From NCBI RefSeq assembly GCF_037042905.1, contig NC_087250.1, positions 14,324,001-14,388,000 on the forward strand: a DNA stretch of 64,000 bases, written 5' to 3'. Under the pieces are notes generated by a model. That model did no database searches. It was not told the origin of the DNA and saw nothing but the letters and a program-made list of their open reading frames with translations. The stretch comes from Lytechinus pictus (lineage: Eukaryota). A program made the position numbers and the translations under genes. Positions 25,280-39,859 of this stretch are shown here, piece after piece (the stretch's first letter is position 1; each line of letters begins with the position of its first letter).

Positions 25280-28011
25280 GGACGTTCCACAGTTAAAATG
25301 AAGTCCATGTCATTTTCACCAAATTTTGCAGAGAGTTACTTTGGTATCTATACATTATGAAAATGCAAAAAATAATATAGGTTCATGTGCTTATTTTTTT
25401 TCTACGGGTCTTCAAAGACGGCGTATTTGAATCATGATATGAAATGTTGCGCAATCAAGAGAATTATGCCTCTCTTAGACCTCACGAATTCACCAAATGG
25501 GTTTAAGTCATCTTTACTCAGTGGATAACGCATCAAACTTCATCAAACTTTCAGAATATGTAACTTAGTAGATACCAAAGTAAGAGAAAGTCTTTTAATT
25601 GGTAAAACTATATCTATTTGGAGTCAGCAGCGCCCTCAATTGGCAAAAATGGTGCAAAAACTCGGAAAAAACTAATTTTCAAAGACGTGAATCTATTAAA
25701 AAATAAAAAAAAGTATTTTGTAAGCTGCACTTTTTTCAAAATCCATGTCATTTTCATCAAATTCTGCTAAATTGTAGAGGAATGCATATCGAAGGTGTAG
25801 GGAAGTTAAAAATAAGGGGTCCATGTGCTCGTTATTTAACTATGAGTGTCCAAAGTGATGCGAGTTGGCTTGAAAATCGCCTAAAATGCGCCGAAAACGT
25901 GCAGAAGTCTAATAATACCATCTAAGATACGAATGGTTCCGTATTTCGCTCCCAAACATTCAAAATCCATGTCATTTTCATCATAATCTCTAAATTTGTA
26001 GAGGAATATATTCTAAAGCCGTTAAAATATTAAAAATATATGGTCCATGTGTTCGCTTTTTAGTTATCAGGGTCCAAACTGTTGCGAGTTGGCTTGAAAA
26101 TCGCCTAAATTCGCCGAACGTGCAAAAGTCTAATAATACCGTCGAAAATGCGAATGGTCCCGTATTTCGCTCCCAAACATTCAAAATCCATGTCATTTTC
26201 ATCATACTCTCTAAATTTGTAGAGGAATATATTCTAAAGCCGTTAAAATATTAAAAATATATGGTCCATGTGTTCGCTTTTTAGTTATCAGTGTCCAAAC
26301 TGTTGCGAGTTGGCTTGAAAATCGCCTAAATTCGCCGAACGTGCAAAAGTCTAATAATACCGTCGAAAATGCGAATGGTCCCGTATTTCGCTCCCAAACA
26401 TTCAAAATCCATGTCATTTTCATCATACTCTCTAAATTTGTAGAGGAATATATTCTAAAGCCGTTAAAATATTAAAAATATAGGGTCCATGTGTTCGCTT
26501 TTTAGTTATCAGTGTCCAAACTGTTGCGAGTTGCATGGCTTGAAAATCGCCTAAATTCGCCGAAAACGTGCAAAAGTCTAATAATACCGTCGAAAATGCG
26601 AATGGTCCCGTATTTCGCTCCCAAACATTCAAAATCCATGTCATTTTCATCATACTCTCTAAATTTGTAGAGGAATATATTCTAAAGCCGTTAAAATATT
26701 AAAAATATGAGGTCCATGTGCTCGTTTTTAAACTATCAGTGTCCAAAATGTTGCGAGTCGGCTTGAAACAGCCCAAAATGCGCCGAAAACAAGTAAAAGT
26801 CTGATGATACCGTCCAAAATGTCTAAAATACGAATGGTTTCGTAGTTCTGCTCCCAAACATTCAAAATCCATGTCATTTTCATCATACTCTCTAGATTTG
26901 TAGAAGAATATATTCTGAAGAAGTTAAGACATTTAAATTATGGGGTCCATGTGCTCGTTTTCAAATTATCAGTGTAAAAAATATTGCGAGTTGGCTTGAA
27001 ACAGCCCAAAATGCGTTGAAAACAAGCAAAAGTCTGTTGATATACCGTCTAAAATGCGAGTAGTTCCGCAGTCTTGCTCCCAAACATTGAAAATCCATGT
27101 CATTTTCATCATACTTTGCACAAAGATACTTTAGCACCTGAATATTTCAAATATACAAAAATTAACATGGGTCCATGTTCTTGATTTTTTGCTATAGAGC
27201 TTCAAAGTTAACCCAAATGGATGTTCTTAAGAATTGTGCATCCAAAAGTATTTGGCATATTTAGACCTCACGAGATCACAACAATGAGTTTAAAGCTATA
27301 TTATCAGTCAAAATCCATGAAGATTTCATTAAATTTTGTAATATGATTAACAATTGTATCCGTAAGATGGATAATTTATTTATAATGCTGTCAATTGTTT
27401 GCTCATTAAAGTCTAACAACACTCTTAGTTCTCTGAAATTGCGGGAAACATTTCAAATTTCAAACGTCAAACATTTCAAATTTCAATAACAAACTTGAGA
27501 AGTAAAAGAAATGCTGCACTTTAGTCAAAACCCATGTCATTTTTACCAAACTTTGCAAAGTTGTAGAGGAAGGTATACCAAAGAGGTGCAAACATAAAAA
27601 AATATGGGTTCATGTGCTTGTTTTCAAACTATCAGCACTCTTATTAGAGCAAATTTGCTTCTTAAAACACCCGAAAACGCGCCAAAAGCTTTGTATCTAT
27701 GTGAGGAAAAATTCCGAACCACTTTTCCATTTATTCAAACTCGGGGTCATATTCATCATACTTTGCAGCACTACAGAGAAACTATTTTGAAATTGTAGAG
27801 GAATAAAAAATAAATGGTCCATGGAATAATTCTAGTTTATTAGCTTCATAAAATAACACATCAGATCTGAAGTTAGTGCAGATAAGGAGAAAACTCAGCT
27901 CACATTACCTACAGCTAGCTGGTTAAATCACCAGTTCATCCATTGTGACGTCAGCGCGCAGAGTGTAAATGCGCAGATCATGATGCGCACAAACATAACT
28001 GTTGAACGTCC
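25280..28011. mobile_element. TTAA-flanked (Kolobok-like) non-autonomous element with an internal ~221-bp tandem array (~25740-27120)
   Basis: ttaa|ggacgttccacagtta ... taactgttgaacgtcc|ttaa. Identical 71-aa ORFs 221 bp apart reflect the array. Confidence 0.85.
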
Positions 28012-28025
28012 TTAAAGACTTAAAC

Positions 28026-29212
28026 CAACGAACGTAGAGGGCAGCAACACACAAGCGTGTTGCTCTAAGGAAGGTCAACTCCGCTCGAATTTTGTGACCA
28101 CTTTAAAAAATAAGGTGGGGTTTTGGGAAATTTGTCGAGTTGATTTTTTTTCTTTTGTTAATTTCAAATATTTTTTAATGAACAATTATTAGATCGGTTA
28201 TTCTGGGTATAAATATTAAAAATATTACTTTTATTTTTAAAGAAAATATTTAGCTTAAATAATCATGATTTTGACATTTTTCCTCATTTTGGAATATTAA
28301 GTCTGTGACGAGGATACCTCATATCTCTTATTTTCTTCTGCTGAATTTCGCTGCACCACTAATAAATGCATAGACAACCACCGTAATAATCGAGGTCATT
28401 TTTCTGGCCTGGGTGCGCCGAGTCTGGGCCGGTCGCGCGCAGCTAGCTAGTGACGTTGATGATGCGCTGGGGCTTCAGGCGACTCGTCATAGATCTAGCA
28501 ACTTAGACAATGACGTCTAATTTGCCTGGCCTGATTTGAAGTGTAATGGCTTCAGGGCTGATGTTTATCAACGATGATTGTTCAAGGTTAGATTTCAAAT
28601 TTTAAATGTCATTTGACTTTTAAGTCTATAAATCTGAAATAAAGGCGCTGTATCCCCGAAATCCGGGTCTAAATTTCAACTCTGAGTCCGAGACCATGGC
28701 ATGGACGGCGAAAAAACAACCCATGCATCGGATGCATTGCATTAGCTGCGCGCTGCGCTGCAGCTGCACTGTGATGATGGGTTCAGCGAAGAGCTCAGAG
28801 AAAATAAGGTGGTTATATTCTATCCCGAAATGCTTTGCGAGTGGTCACAAAATCGTCTCGACGCAAATCACCTAATACAGCCGTCTGGTGAAATCGCTGA
28901 TAACAACAATCACCGATTTGGTAATGATTTTAGTGTCCTGAAACTTATATTTGTAAAGTTTTAAATATCAAAGTATGTTTTTATATGTATGTATATTCCT
29001 CAACATATTTTTAAAGTTATCTTTGATATTGTTGTAGTCATATTCTTTCATATTCGTTTTTTGATCGCTACTAATTTGTTGTTGTATTAGATCGGTATTT
29101 GATTTCGTTGGCATGAACAATAAAATACGCGCGCAGCTCAGCTGCATGCGCGTATCGAGTTGACCTTCCTTAGAGCAACACGCTTGTGTGTTGCTGCCCT
29201 CTACGTTCGTTG
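28026..29212. mobile_element. Non-autonomous DNA transposon, ~55-bp perfect TIRs, 8-bp TSD (hAT/P-like)
   Basis: caacgaacgtagagggcagcaacacacaagcgtgttgctctaaggaaggtcaact and its reverse complement. TSD ACTTAAAC at 28018-28025 and 29213-29220. Confidence 0.9.
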
Positions 29213-29312
29213 ACTTAAACCATGAGGATATTATATTAGCATTGCGATAATTTTGAGTTAATGAAACTGCAGACCTGCAATATTCATCCAGATGCAGAGG
29301 TAAGCGTGGTCC

Positions 29313-29843
29313 TAACCCAGAGAGCTCGCGCGGGCTGGCGGGAGCCCAGAAGCTTACCGTGTATTTGACCATATTCACCGGACTAGGGTGATTTATGGTC
29401 TAAATATTTCTTCAAATGAATTGTGAAAACAGAAAGTATACAATTACCACGATTATATGGATGAAAGTCTAACGAGTGGCAGTTTCCTGACATCTGGGAA
29501 CAGACTGGAACCTCAAAAAAACGAAAAGTTCTCTCCTCTACCCCAGTCTCGATCGGCCAATTTGTTACGATTTTTAACAAAAATGGCCGATCGAAACGGG
29601 GGTAGAAGGAGAGAACTTTTCGTTTTATTGAGGTTCCAGTCTGTTCCCAGATGTCAGGAAACTGCCACTCGTTAGACTTTCATCCATATAATCGTGGTAA
29701 TTGTGTATACTTTCTGTTTTCACAATTCATTTGGAGAAATATTTAGACCATAAATCACCCTAGTCCGGTGAATATGGTCAAATACACGGTAAGCTTCTGG
29801 GCTCCCGCCCGCTGCGCGGGCGGGAGGCCGGGTCTCTGAGTTA
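29313..29843. mobile_element. 531-bp palindromic MITE, 9-bp TSD (Mutator-like)
   Basis: Near-complete inverted repeat centred at ~29572. TSD GCGTGGTCC at 29304-29312 and 29844-29852. Confidence 0.9.
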
Positions 29844-32162
29844 GCGTGGTCCGTGCTCCCGCCGTGCTCAGCCTCCAGCCTGCCAACCAAATCATTTGTC
29901 GGCAGAGCCAGAGCGGGCAGGCTAGCTAGGCCGCTGCACGCTGCGGCTACCGCGTGACCGGCGTGCTTCCGCATGCAATTAATTTTCCTTGTTTTGGATA
30001 ATTTTAACGAACTTATGACACTAAAGGAATTTTGAAAATTCAAGGAATTGCAAGGAAAATGGAACATATCGAAAACTTGCATACAGTGTAGCGGACATGT
30101 AAAAACATAGCAGACGACGTTTGCAGACCTCGCGATCATCGTATGACTCGCGGTGCAGAATGTTCCATTGTGGCTTTATGGGGGAGATAGCATTACAGAG
30201 GGATAACATGTATACACAAATAATGTTTCAGCGTTGATTCACAATATTTTGTGTCGATTTCATAAATTATTGTTGTTTGAACATTTAAAACATAATTATA
30301 AAGTGAAAGGAATAAGCAAAACTTAATTTTCAGACTTACCTATGCAGTGGTAAGCTAGGATGCACCCCTCGTATACATAATTGACCCGTCACAGTTTTCA
30401 GAGACATATCCAACTTTCAGAGAATAAAATTGATTTTTGTTGGCAAAAATAACGGTATCTGATATATTTATATCTATAGTTCGGACTGACAATGTATATA
30501 TATTTATACATACCTAATAAAATGTTCAGCACTGCAATGGAAAGAGCTAGAAAACCGCTGTGACTCGAACAACACACCGACGTACACAAAAACTCTGTCC
30601 AGCCATATATGTTGAATGCACGTCGAGTGTAGGATTGCTCTTCGGACATCACTCACAAAGAAAATCTCCTCTGATTTGATGATAAAAGTGCACTATTTCC
30701 TTATTAACCAATCTCCGTGGTTCTTTAATGAGTATTTGCCTTACAATGTGCCCTTTATTATCATCTGGGCGGAAATTCTTGATACCATCACCCACCGATG
30801 TAACGACGGATATAATCCACCCGGGTACTATAAAAATGTCCCCCAAACCCATTATCCCAATACATATTCCTGACTATGGATGGTTTTGAGTGATTTTAAT
30901 GTAATAAAGTGCCACATTTCCCACCAATTGAATTAAAAAAAAATTATGGTCATCTGATAGAAGAAGTTGTTAACATTCATTTCAGGGGGGCGGAAATTCT
31001 ATATGAATCAACACTTGTCCTTGATACTCATTTGTTTGTGAAAAAAGGGTATGATGCAAGGGAATTCTGCGTGTTATAAGGGTGCGCGCGTGCAGCGAGG
31101 ACCTTCTGTCCGCTAGTTTTCCATATGAAGTTAAGGGATTTTCAATTTCAAGGAAATGAGAGTAGAATTCAAGGAAAATAAAAATGAGAATTGGATTTGT
31201 ACTAATACTAGTGTCTAGTACTAGTAGTAGGCCTAATAGGCCTACTATTTTAGCTGCAAATTGGGTCTGGGGGGACGAAATGCAGCAAAAAATGCCAGCG
31301 CTAATGCAGTTTCGCACCGGCCGATGTCCAGCATACGTCATCGCAAAAAATTGTTCACAAGTGTCATATGAGTTATGACAAGTCTCAGCTCAGTTAAAAT
31401 ATTTCAAGGTCAATATACCCACTCATATCATTTAATGAACCACTTGTCCACTGAGTGCAACCATCCTGCCTGTGTGGGGAATCTACAGCCTACAGGTAGG
31501 ACTGGTATGCCAATGCTGTACAGAGCACACACTTTAAAAAATCTTTAAAATATCACTTTTGTGACCAAAATTACTTATTTCCTTACAGTTGCAATTTATT
31601 TTTCATTATTAACTTGGGAATAATTTTTGTATTCACCAGAGCGCTCAAAAACTTGAATTTTGGGCATATTTTTGTGTACGCCCTCTATTGGTGGAAAGTA
31701 TTTATGGCCATGCGTTTTATGTTGGGCCCGCAAATAGGTGGTATCGTTACATTTGCAGGACAAGCACAGAAATAATTAATGGTATAAAACTTGAAATACA
31801 TGTGCTACATGGGTATATTTGGTATCATATTAAAGGGAATCTTTATACCAAATCAATTACTTGAAAGAAAAAGAAATACTTGAGATCATTTCATTTACCA
31901 GTAATTAGTAATTATGTAACATCAATTTTCAATTTTTGCATTGTGGTAGACGAGGGGAGCATACATTTTCATTTCATTAAGAAACTAAATGTGTAACATC
32001 ACACTGATCACAGTACCTAAATATGTAATAGTTTTAGGGCTCACTGGCTTAATTATTATTATGTTCCACAACTATTTACAAATATTTACAAGGAGTGTGT
32101 GAGGCGTAATAATAATTGAAATTATATCAATATTTAAGTTTAAAATGTACAGTACAACAAAA

Positions 32163-34310
32163 TTACATCTTAGAGACAAGTATGCGTTTTACCACACTTT
32201 TGAAGGAATGCACTGATAATATATTCCTAGTACTAGTAGGTACCGAATTCCAAACATCAGGTCCATAATGTCTGATAGATTTGTGAGCCAACAGTGTGCG
32301 AGGGTTATACAAATGCATATTAGATGCTTGTCTTGTGTGGTAGGTATGGATAGCACTATTTTGTTGAAACATATTGGAAAAGCAGGTAGGTAACATTTTG
32401 GCATTAAACCGATACATAAAAAGGGAAGTTTGAAGAAAATGGACATCATCAACAGTAAGACATTGCAGCTTTATAAAGAGAGGGCGTGTATGATCACGGA
32501 ACCGACTCCAGCACAAATGCGAATTGCTTTCTTTTGCAACAAAAGAATTGGGTTTGTGACACTCGTTGATGTTGCCCATAGAATATTGCAATATGACACA
32601 TAAGGTAGAATAAGAGTATTGTACAACATGTAAAGTATTTTATAAGGTACAAGGTACTTGACTTTATACAGTATACCTATATTTCGAGAAATTGGTTTAC
32701 TGATGTGTTTCATGTGATCATTCCAGTTAAGTTGATCATTGACGTAGACCCCAAGGAACCTCGTAGATGTCTGTCTTTCAAGCAAAGCATTGTCAAGTTT
32801 CAATCTTAAATCATGGTCAGGACAGGACTTCCTGCCTTTAAAGTGTACATAATTAGTCTTTTTAACATTCAGTGATAACATATTACTTCTAAACCAATTA
32901 GATAGTTTCGGAAGTTCGACATTAATGGTGTTTTCTAAGATATCAATATCACGGTGTGATAGGAAAACACTTGTGTCATCAGCAAATAATATATAATTCA
33001 ATGTGTTTGATACCAAACAAATATCATTAATATAAATAAAACCTCATAATTGATATACCAGAATTAGAATAGTTATAGCATGTGTATTTTCTTCTATTTG
33101 AAAGATAACTAGTAAACCAATTTAGGGCAACGCCCCTTACTCCATAATGTTGGAGTTTATAAAGCAGTATTGAGTGGTCAAGGGTGTCAAATGCCTTGCT
33201 CAGGCCCATAAATACACCAATAACGTGCTCACGATTAGCCAGAGAACTAGATACATAATCATAAAAATTTCAACAACGCAAGGTCCGTTGAGTGAGAACT
33301 GCGAAATCCAAATTGGTTGGGATTAAGAAGGTGGTTTTTGTCAAGAAAGGCAATCAATCTGTTATAAACAATTCTTTCTAGTATTTTTGAGCAACTAGGC
33401 AAAATTGAGATTGGTCTATAATTACTTATAACGGTCATGCTTTCCCTTTTATGAACAGGAATAACCTTGGCTAGTTTAAGAGAGGAAGGGAATACACCAG
33501 TTGAAATGGACAGATTACAGATATGTAGTAAAGGAGTATAAAGGACTAAGCCAATTATTTGTTTTAACAATGCTGAACTTATTTCATCATGCCCAGATGA
33601 CCTACTATTTTTAAGAGACTTAGCAATGTTTAATATCTCAAGATGATCAGCTGGCTTAAGGAATATAGATGATTCGGACCTGTCTTGTAAATATTCTTTG
33701 TAATTAACTTCTACGGGAGTTATTTTCTTCGCTTGGTCAGGCCCAATGTTCACAAAGTAGCTGTTAAATTCATTTGCAATGTCATTATCAGAAGTAAGCT
33801 CTTTGTCCTTATGGACAAATTTTTGGGCAGGTTCTGACTTATTTTTCTTATATAATATATCTCTAACAACATTCCATGTCAAGGGCATGTTACCTCGAGC
33901 ATTCTCAAACTGTCTAGAATAGTGCAAACTCCGTGATGACCGTATAATAGAAGTCAGCTTATTTCGATATTTTTTGTATTTTTCAACGTGCTCTTGTGAA
34001 GGTTTCTTTACACTCTTTTTGTATAAGACATTTCTTCTTTTGATTGATTGTAGTATACCTTTTGTAATCCATGGCCGTTTACCTGTACTTCTATTATTTA
34101 TTCTAACAAGTGGAATAGTCTCATCCAAATGGTGATGAAAAATTTTACTAAATGATTCATAAGCCTGTTCAACATCATGACATTCCAATACATCCGACCA
34201 ACTCTCTTCCTGACAAGCATCCCTCAAGCTAGAAATATTGCTTTCAGTAATTTTGCGCTTTAGTATAACTTTAGCCTTATTGCATTTGTTGGAATGAATA
34301 TCATAAAGCA
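32163..34310 (-). mobile_element. 5'-truncated, frameshifted CR1/L2-group LINE ORF2 (RT)
   Basis: ORFs contain NYRPISILP, QFGFR, LSKAFDTLDH, LFADDT and the C-terminal YGPDVWN motifs. Confidence 0.92.
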
Positions 34311-37300
34311 TGCAGAAGATTGAAGGACATAAATGCCACATCCAGACACAGTCAACAAACATCTGTCCATATTATATTTGGCACATTTTACGCCGATGGA
34401 TAATGTAGAATAAAGCTCTACAGTCATTCTATTCAGTCAGACCGCAGGTCCCTATGCTAATGAGCAAAGAGGCCAGATTCATCCAAATCATCTCGTGGCT
34501 AAATCCTCACCCATGCAAAATCTCGTGATTCGTGAGATTTTCTTTCTCTAAGAATTTACCTGTTTTAACCTCAAGTTAAATGAAATATTATTGCACCATC
34601 AGATAGAGTAAATGTTACTCTTTCATATTGGTCATTTATTTTGTATACAATATTTTGTTAAATAAGTAAATTTCTGGCCTGAAAATGTGCCTCAAAACTG
34701 AATTTTCAGTTCAGTTTCAGTTTAGTTTATTTCACTTCCATTTTCTGATAATAAACATAACAAACATATATATACATATGTATAAATGTACAAAACAGAA
34801 TAAGAGTCATAAGAATACTTCAATAATCAATTAACAAATTCGTAGGAAATAGATGAAATGTATACAATTTTTGTTCAAGATACATTTTGATGATTAGACA
34901 AATTATAGATTACAGTTAGCATGTGAAAATGAAAATGAGGGACTTATTAAAAAGCGAAGCTTGTAATTGTAAGTCCCTTAGGATAAATTTGTAGTAATCT
35001 TAATCGTATGTAATTAAAAGTAAAGTAAGACAATCTATCTAGACCATATATGAAGAACGGCAAAATAGGTTTGAATAACAAGGAAAGAAAGGGGGGCAGA
35101 AACTACATAGGTTAGAGGGATAAGGGAATATTAAATAACTGGGGGAAAAAACAAAACAAAAAGAAACGATTATGTGCCCAGCAGAAAAGGAAAGGGGAGG
35201 AGAAAGAGAAATAGGGTCGAGAGGCAAGTATCGTGGAAAAGATAAAGCAGTTCATGTGTTTCATACATTGTACTCATTAAGGAATGAGAGTTTTAGGTGT
35301 TTTTTGAAGGTGTTTATATTTCTATATTGTTTAAGGCTTTGGTGAATACCACTCCAGTATTTGGGACCTGTGTAAATGATGTTTTTTGTGCGAGTGTGGT
35401 TCTAGTCAGAGGGGGGGGGGGGGTGATATGTATGTTGTATAGCTTGTCTTGTGGGGTATGTATGGATGTCAGTGTTTTTGGTAAAGAGTGAAGTAATTGC
35501 GGTGGGTAATTCGTTTTTTGATAGCTGGAACATAAAAGTTCCAAGGTTCAGGAGATAGAGATCGTGGATTTTTAGTATTCTATTTTTTTTTAAATAACGG
35601 GCTTGTATGAGTACGGTAATGGGCATTTCAATTATTCTAACAATTCGTTTTTGGAGCAAAAATATTCTATTAGTTTGTGTTATTTGTGAATTACCCCAGG
35701 ATAAAATTCCGTAGTTTAGATAAGGGAGGATGAGGGTTGAGTAGAGGGTCAAAAGTATTTTGTGAGGTAAAAATGTTTTAAGTTTGTTGATGACACCAAT
35801 GTTTCTTGCGATCACTCTACAAAGAATATCAATGTGTGTTTTCCATGATAATTTATTGTCGATGAATATGCCAAGAAATTTTGTTGATTGGGTAGAGTCA
35901 ATATTAATGCCATTAATGTTAATGTTACCATGGAGCGTTTGTATTGTGTTACTAAATAATATGTAATTTGTCTTTTTTATGTTTAATGATAGTTTGTTCG
36001 CCCGTATCCAAGTATGGACCGATTTCAATTCGGTATTCATAACATTAATCAAAGTTGTTGGGTCACGATGGGAGAAAAATATGTTGGAGTCGTCAGCGAA
36101 CAGAATGAAAGATAATAGTTTAGAAGATTTATGGAAGTCGTTTATAAATAATATAAATAATAGGGGGCCGAGGAGTGATCCTTGTGGTACACCACAATTT
36201 ATGTTTTCCAGGTGTGATTCGCACCCATTAACAAAAACGTATTGAGTTCTGTTAGTTAAGTAATTCCTGTACCACTCCAAGGCCTTTCCTCTAATACCGT
36301 AATAAGCAAGTTTATATAAAAGAATATCATGATCTATAGTGTCAAAGGCCTTGGAGAAGTCCAGGAATATTCCAACAGTGTGAAGGGATTTATCAATAGC
36401 TTTGATGACTTTATCGACGAGTGTAATCATAGCGTGAGTTGTTGCGTGTTTTTCACGGTAGCCATATTGGAATTCGTTGAGAATATTGCATTCATGAATG
36501 AATTTAATCGTTCGAGTATATACAGTTCTTTCTAATATTTTTGAAAATGAAGTCAATAATGATATGGGTCTATAGTTGCCCATATCTCGGGTGTCTCCTT
36601 TTTTAAATATAGGTATGACCTTGGATTTTTTCATTTGTGAGGGGACGATACCACATGTTATTGATAGATTGAATATGTGTGTTATTGGTGTCACAATTTC
36701 TGAGATGACGTGTTTTAGAATTTTATTCGTGATTCCATCAAAACCTGGGCTTTTTTGAGAGTTTAAGTTATTTACAAATGAATGTCTATGATCTCGAATT
36801 CTAGTATTGGGGCAAAAATATTGTTTTGGGGTTAGGATCTTCCAGTAAACTGGAAAATACTTTTCCTGAGGGTTCGATATCTTTGGCAAGATTGGGACCA
36901 ATATTTACAAAGTAATCATTCAAGCTTTGAGCAATCTCATTTACGTCTGTTATAATAGTGTCATGTGTATTGATTTTATGAATGTGTGTTTCATCAGTTT
37001 TTTTGTTGAGCACACGATTGATTATTTTCCATGTACTTTTGATATCAAATTTATTTTTTCAAATTGGTTAGAGAAATATGTTTTCTTAGCATGTCGTAGA
37101 GTACATGTAAGACTGTTTTTATACCGTTTGTATTTGTGTTCATTGTGTATAGATGGATTTGCTTTGTATTTATAAAAAAGTATGTTTTTCTTGTTAATAC
37201 AGCGTAATAGAGATTTAGTTATCCAAGGCTGACGAGGTGCCTTTTTATATTGTTTAGTGTGAGTAGTGCGTGTGATAGGTATATCTCTGTTATACAAGGC

Positions 37301-37874
37301 CATAAAAGAATCCATGAACAACTCAAAAGCTTCTTGAGGATCTAGACATTCCAAGACATTAGACCAGTCCAAAAGTCGTAAGCTATTTTTTAATTTATTC
37401 ATATTTTCTTGGGTTACTTTGCGAGATCCTGCTGTGTATTGTGAGGTACCATTTTTGTGAAAAGAGATATGTGAGAAAACCGGGAAGTGATCGCTTATGT
37501 CTGACAATAATATTCCTGACGTACATTGTCCATCTAGATTACTGAAAATATTATCTATGAGTGTTGCAGATGTGTTGGTTATTCTGGTTGGTTTATTGAT
37601 TAGTGGGATGTAGGAGTGTGAGTACATGCAGTCTAAAAAAATCCTGGCAGAGCGAGCTTTCTTCTGCATTGAGCAGGTTTATGTTAAAATCCCCCATAAT
37701 AAGACAGTGTTTATTTCTTAGAATGTTAGAGGACAATATGGTTTGTAAAGATGTAATAAAGTCAAAATGAGGACATCCCGGAGGGCGATAAACAGTACCG
37801 ATAATAATATTTTTATTTTCAGATGTGGTTATTTCTACAAAAAGACTTTCAAATGATGGATGCATTATATTCAG

Positions 37875-38637
37875 GGTAATTGTGCGAAATACCTTATCAA
37901 TAGAATTTCCATTTTACAAAAAAGAGCAATTAGAGTAATCACAGATAGTCATTATCTTGCTCATACTGATCCCCTTTTTAACAAACTTAAAATTTAAAAA
38001 GTTCATGACTTGTACAATTTGCAAACGGCTTGTTTTGTGTTTTCAGCAATGAAGAAGCTCCTACCTCAAGTATTTAATGATTATTTTGTGTATAGATATT
38101 TTTTTAATAGGTATAATTGTCGTAACTCTTATGATCTGAATATCCCCTCATGGGGTTATCAATTTTCTAGAAGTACTATATGTTATAGTGGTCCTGTTTT
38201 ATGGAATTCTTTGCCCCAAGATATGAAGCAATGCCCAACCATAAGTAATTTTAAAAGAAAATATAAGATATTTTTATTGAATTGTTACATTAATAGGTAA
38301 ATTCAACTTATTGCATTTTTTTTTTATTTTTATTTTTTATGTAGGGTCTTTCTTTTCTATTTCTATTAAATCCAATAACTGGTTTCTTTTTTTGCAGTAT
38401 ACAAGGGATCAGCCTAGACAGGCCAACGGCTTATTGCTGATCCCCCACATCCACTGCTACTTAATGTTATTCACTCCTATCTGTCCACTTTTTTACAATT
38501 GATTTATCGTGTATTTTTTTTCTTTGTTTCTATTGTGTATATTTGTATGAATATGTTTTTATATTGTATTTGTCATTTGAATGTTTTTATGAGAGATGTG
38601 AAATAAATGAAATTGAAAAAAAAAATTGAATTGAATA
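37875..38637 (+). mobile_element. 3' LINE fragment inserted antisense into the APE domain of the previous LINE
   Basis: LQKRAIRVI...YSGPVLWN C-terminus, 3' hairpin ggatcagc...gctgatcc, and aaataaa/(ttgaa)n tail. The host APE reading resumes on each side. Confidence 0.85.
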
Positions 38638-39859
38638 TAATATCGTGGCATTTAAGTTTCTTTTAATATACATAGCTACGCCTCCATCAGTTTTATATTT
38701 TCTATTGTTATTTAAGAGTTGAAAGCCCCCCAGGTTATGAATTGGATGGGGTTCATTCCGCAACCAAGTTTCGCTCAATCCTATCACAGATAAGTTTAGT
38801 TGAGTGTTTTCGAACATGTTTTGGAGTTGGTCAAAATGTTTGTTGATGCTTCTGATATTGATGTGAATAATGGAGAATGTTTCATTGTTATGTGAGCAGC
38901 TTTGAAGAAATTGATTTAATGTGAAATATTTGGATGTTGGTGGTATTTTAAGAGTGTCGTTAGGATCAATATGATAATGATATTCAGGTGTTTGTTGATT
39001 TAATCGATCAGTTGTATGTGTATCAGGTAAGTCATCATTCGCAGGAGGGCGGTCGTCAAACCTGTGCTGTAACAAAAAGGAATGGCTATTAATAGCTTCA
39101 CCATGCTCTCAAGACTGGGATGGGAATGTGTTCATCCTAGCCATGGTGTAGATTGAGAATCGAGTTGCTCCTCAGGTGTGAAAGAGGAGAAAACATGCAT
39201 GATACAAGACTCCCGTTGACAGAGAAAGAAGGAAAATATGGGATGGACACATAAAGACAAGATAAGGACAATACATCAAAGTAACAAAAGCAAAAATAGT
39301 TCTTAAGGTTAAAGACAAAATCTGGTGCATATTTTTGAATGAAAACACACACATAAAGGGGGGGGGGTGGCTGGCTAAAGGAGATATTGTTAGGAATGTT
39401 GCCTACTTGGCGACAGTCTGGATCACTCAAAAAAGGCAATTGTCTATAATTTTTTCCTGAAAGGGGACATAAAGAAAATTACAAGAGAGTACACGCCTAG
39501 GATAAAATGATAAAATAAATAAATAATGAATAAGGTATGCGCCCGAGAATATCATGAATAATACAATACAAAACAAAACCAAAACGTCTGGTATTTGGTT
39601 GAGGTCGACACACTGAGCAAGCCGTTAATGCATTGATAAATAAATACAGCTATTAATAATGCTGTTACTAACGAGTAAGTGCGTATGCCCTGAACGTTCA
39701 ACATAGAGCTCCTCAATACACCAATCATTGTTACATTTACATTTATACATGAATGCATCACATGAACTGTCGTCGGATCGACAGGTGTAAAACATGCAGA
39801 AGAGGTAACAACAGTCGTGTACGTTTCTGCTCGACAAATTCTTGCATGTGAATATAACA

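Noticed and set aside
25990..26653. Three near-identical 71-73 aa ORFs
   Set aside because: They reflect the 221-bp tandem unit (not a multiple of 3) inside a non-autonomous transposon.
30388..30462. Plus-strand peptide VTVFRDISNF resembling a KRAB start
   Set aside because: There is no following EW or NY motif and a stop comes soon after; likely chance.
30398..30873. Overlapping 67-85 aa ORFs as a divergent gene
   Set aside because: No recognisable domain or convincing splice-bounded frame was found.
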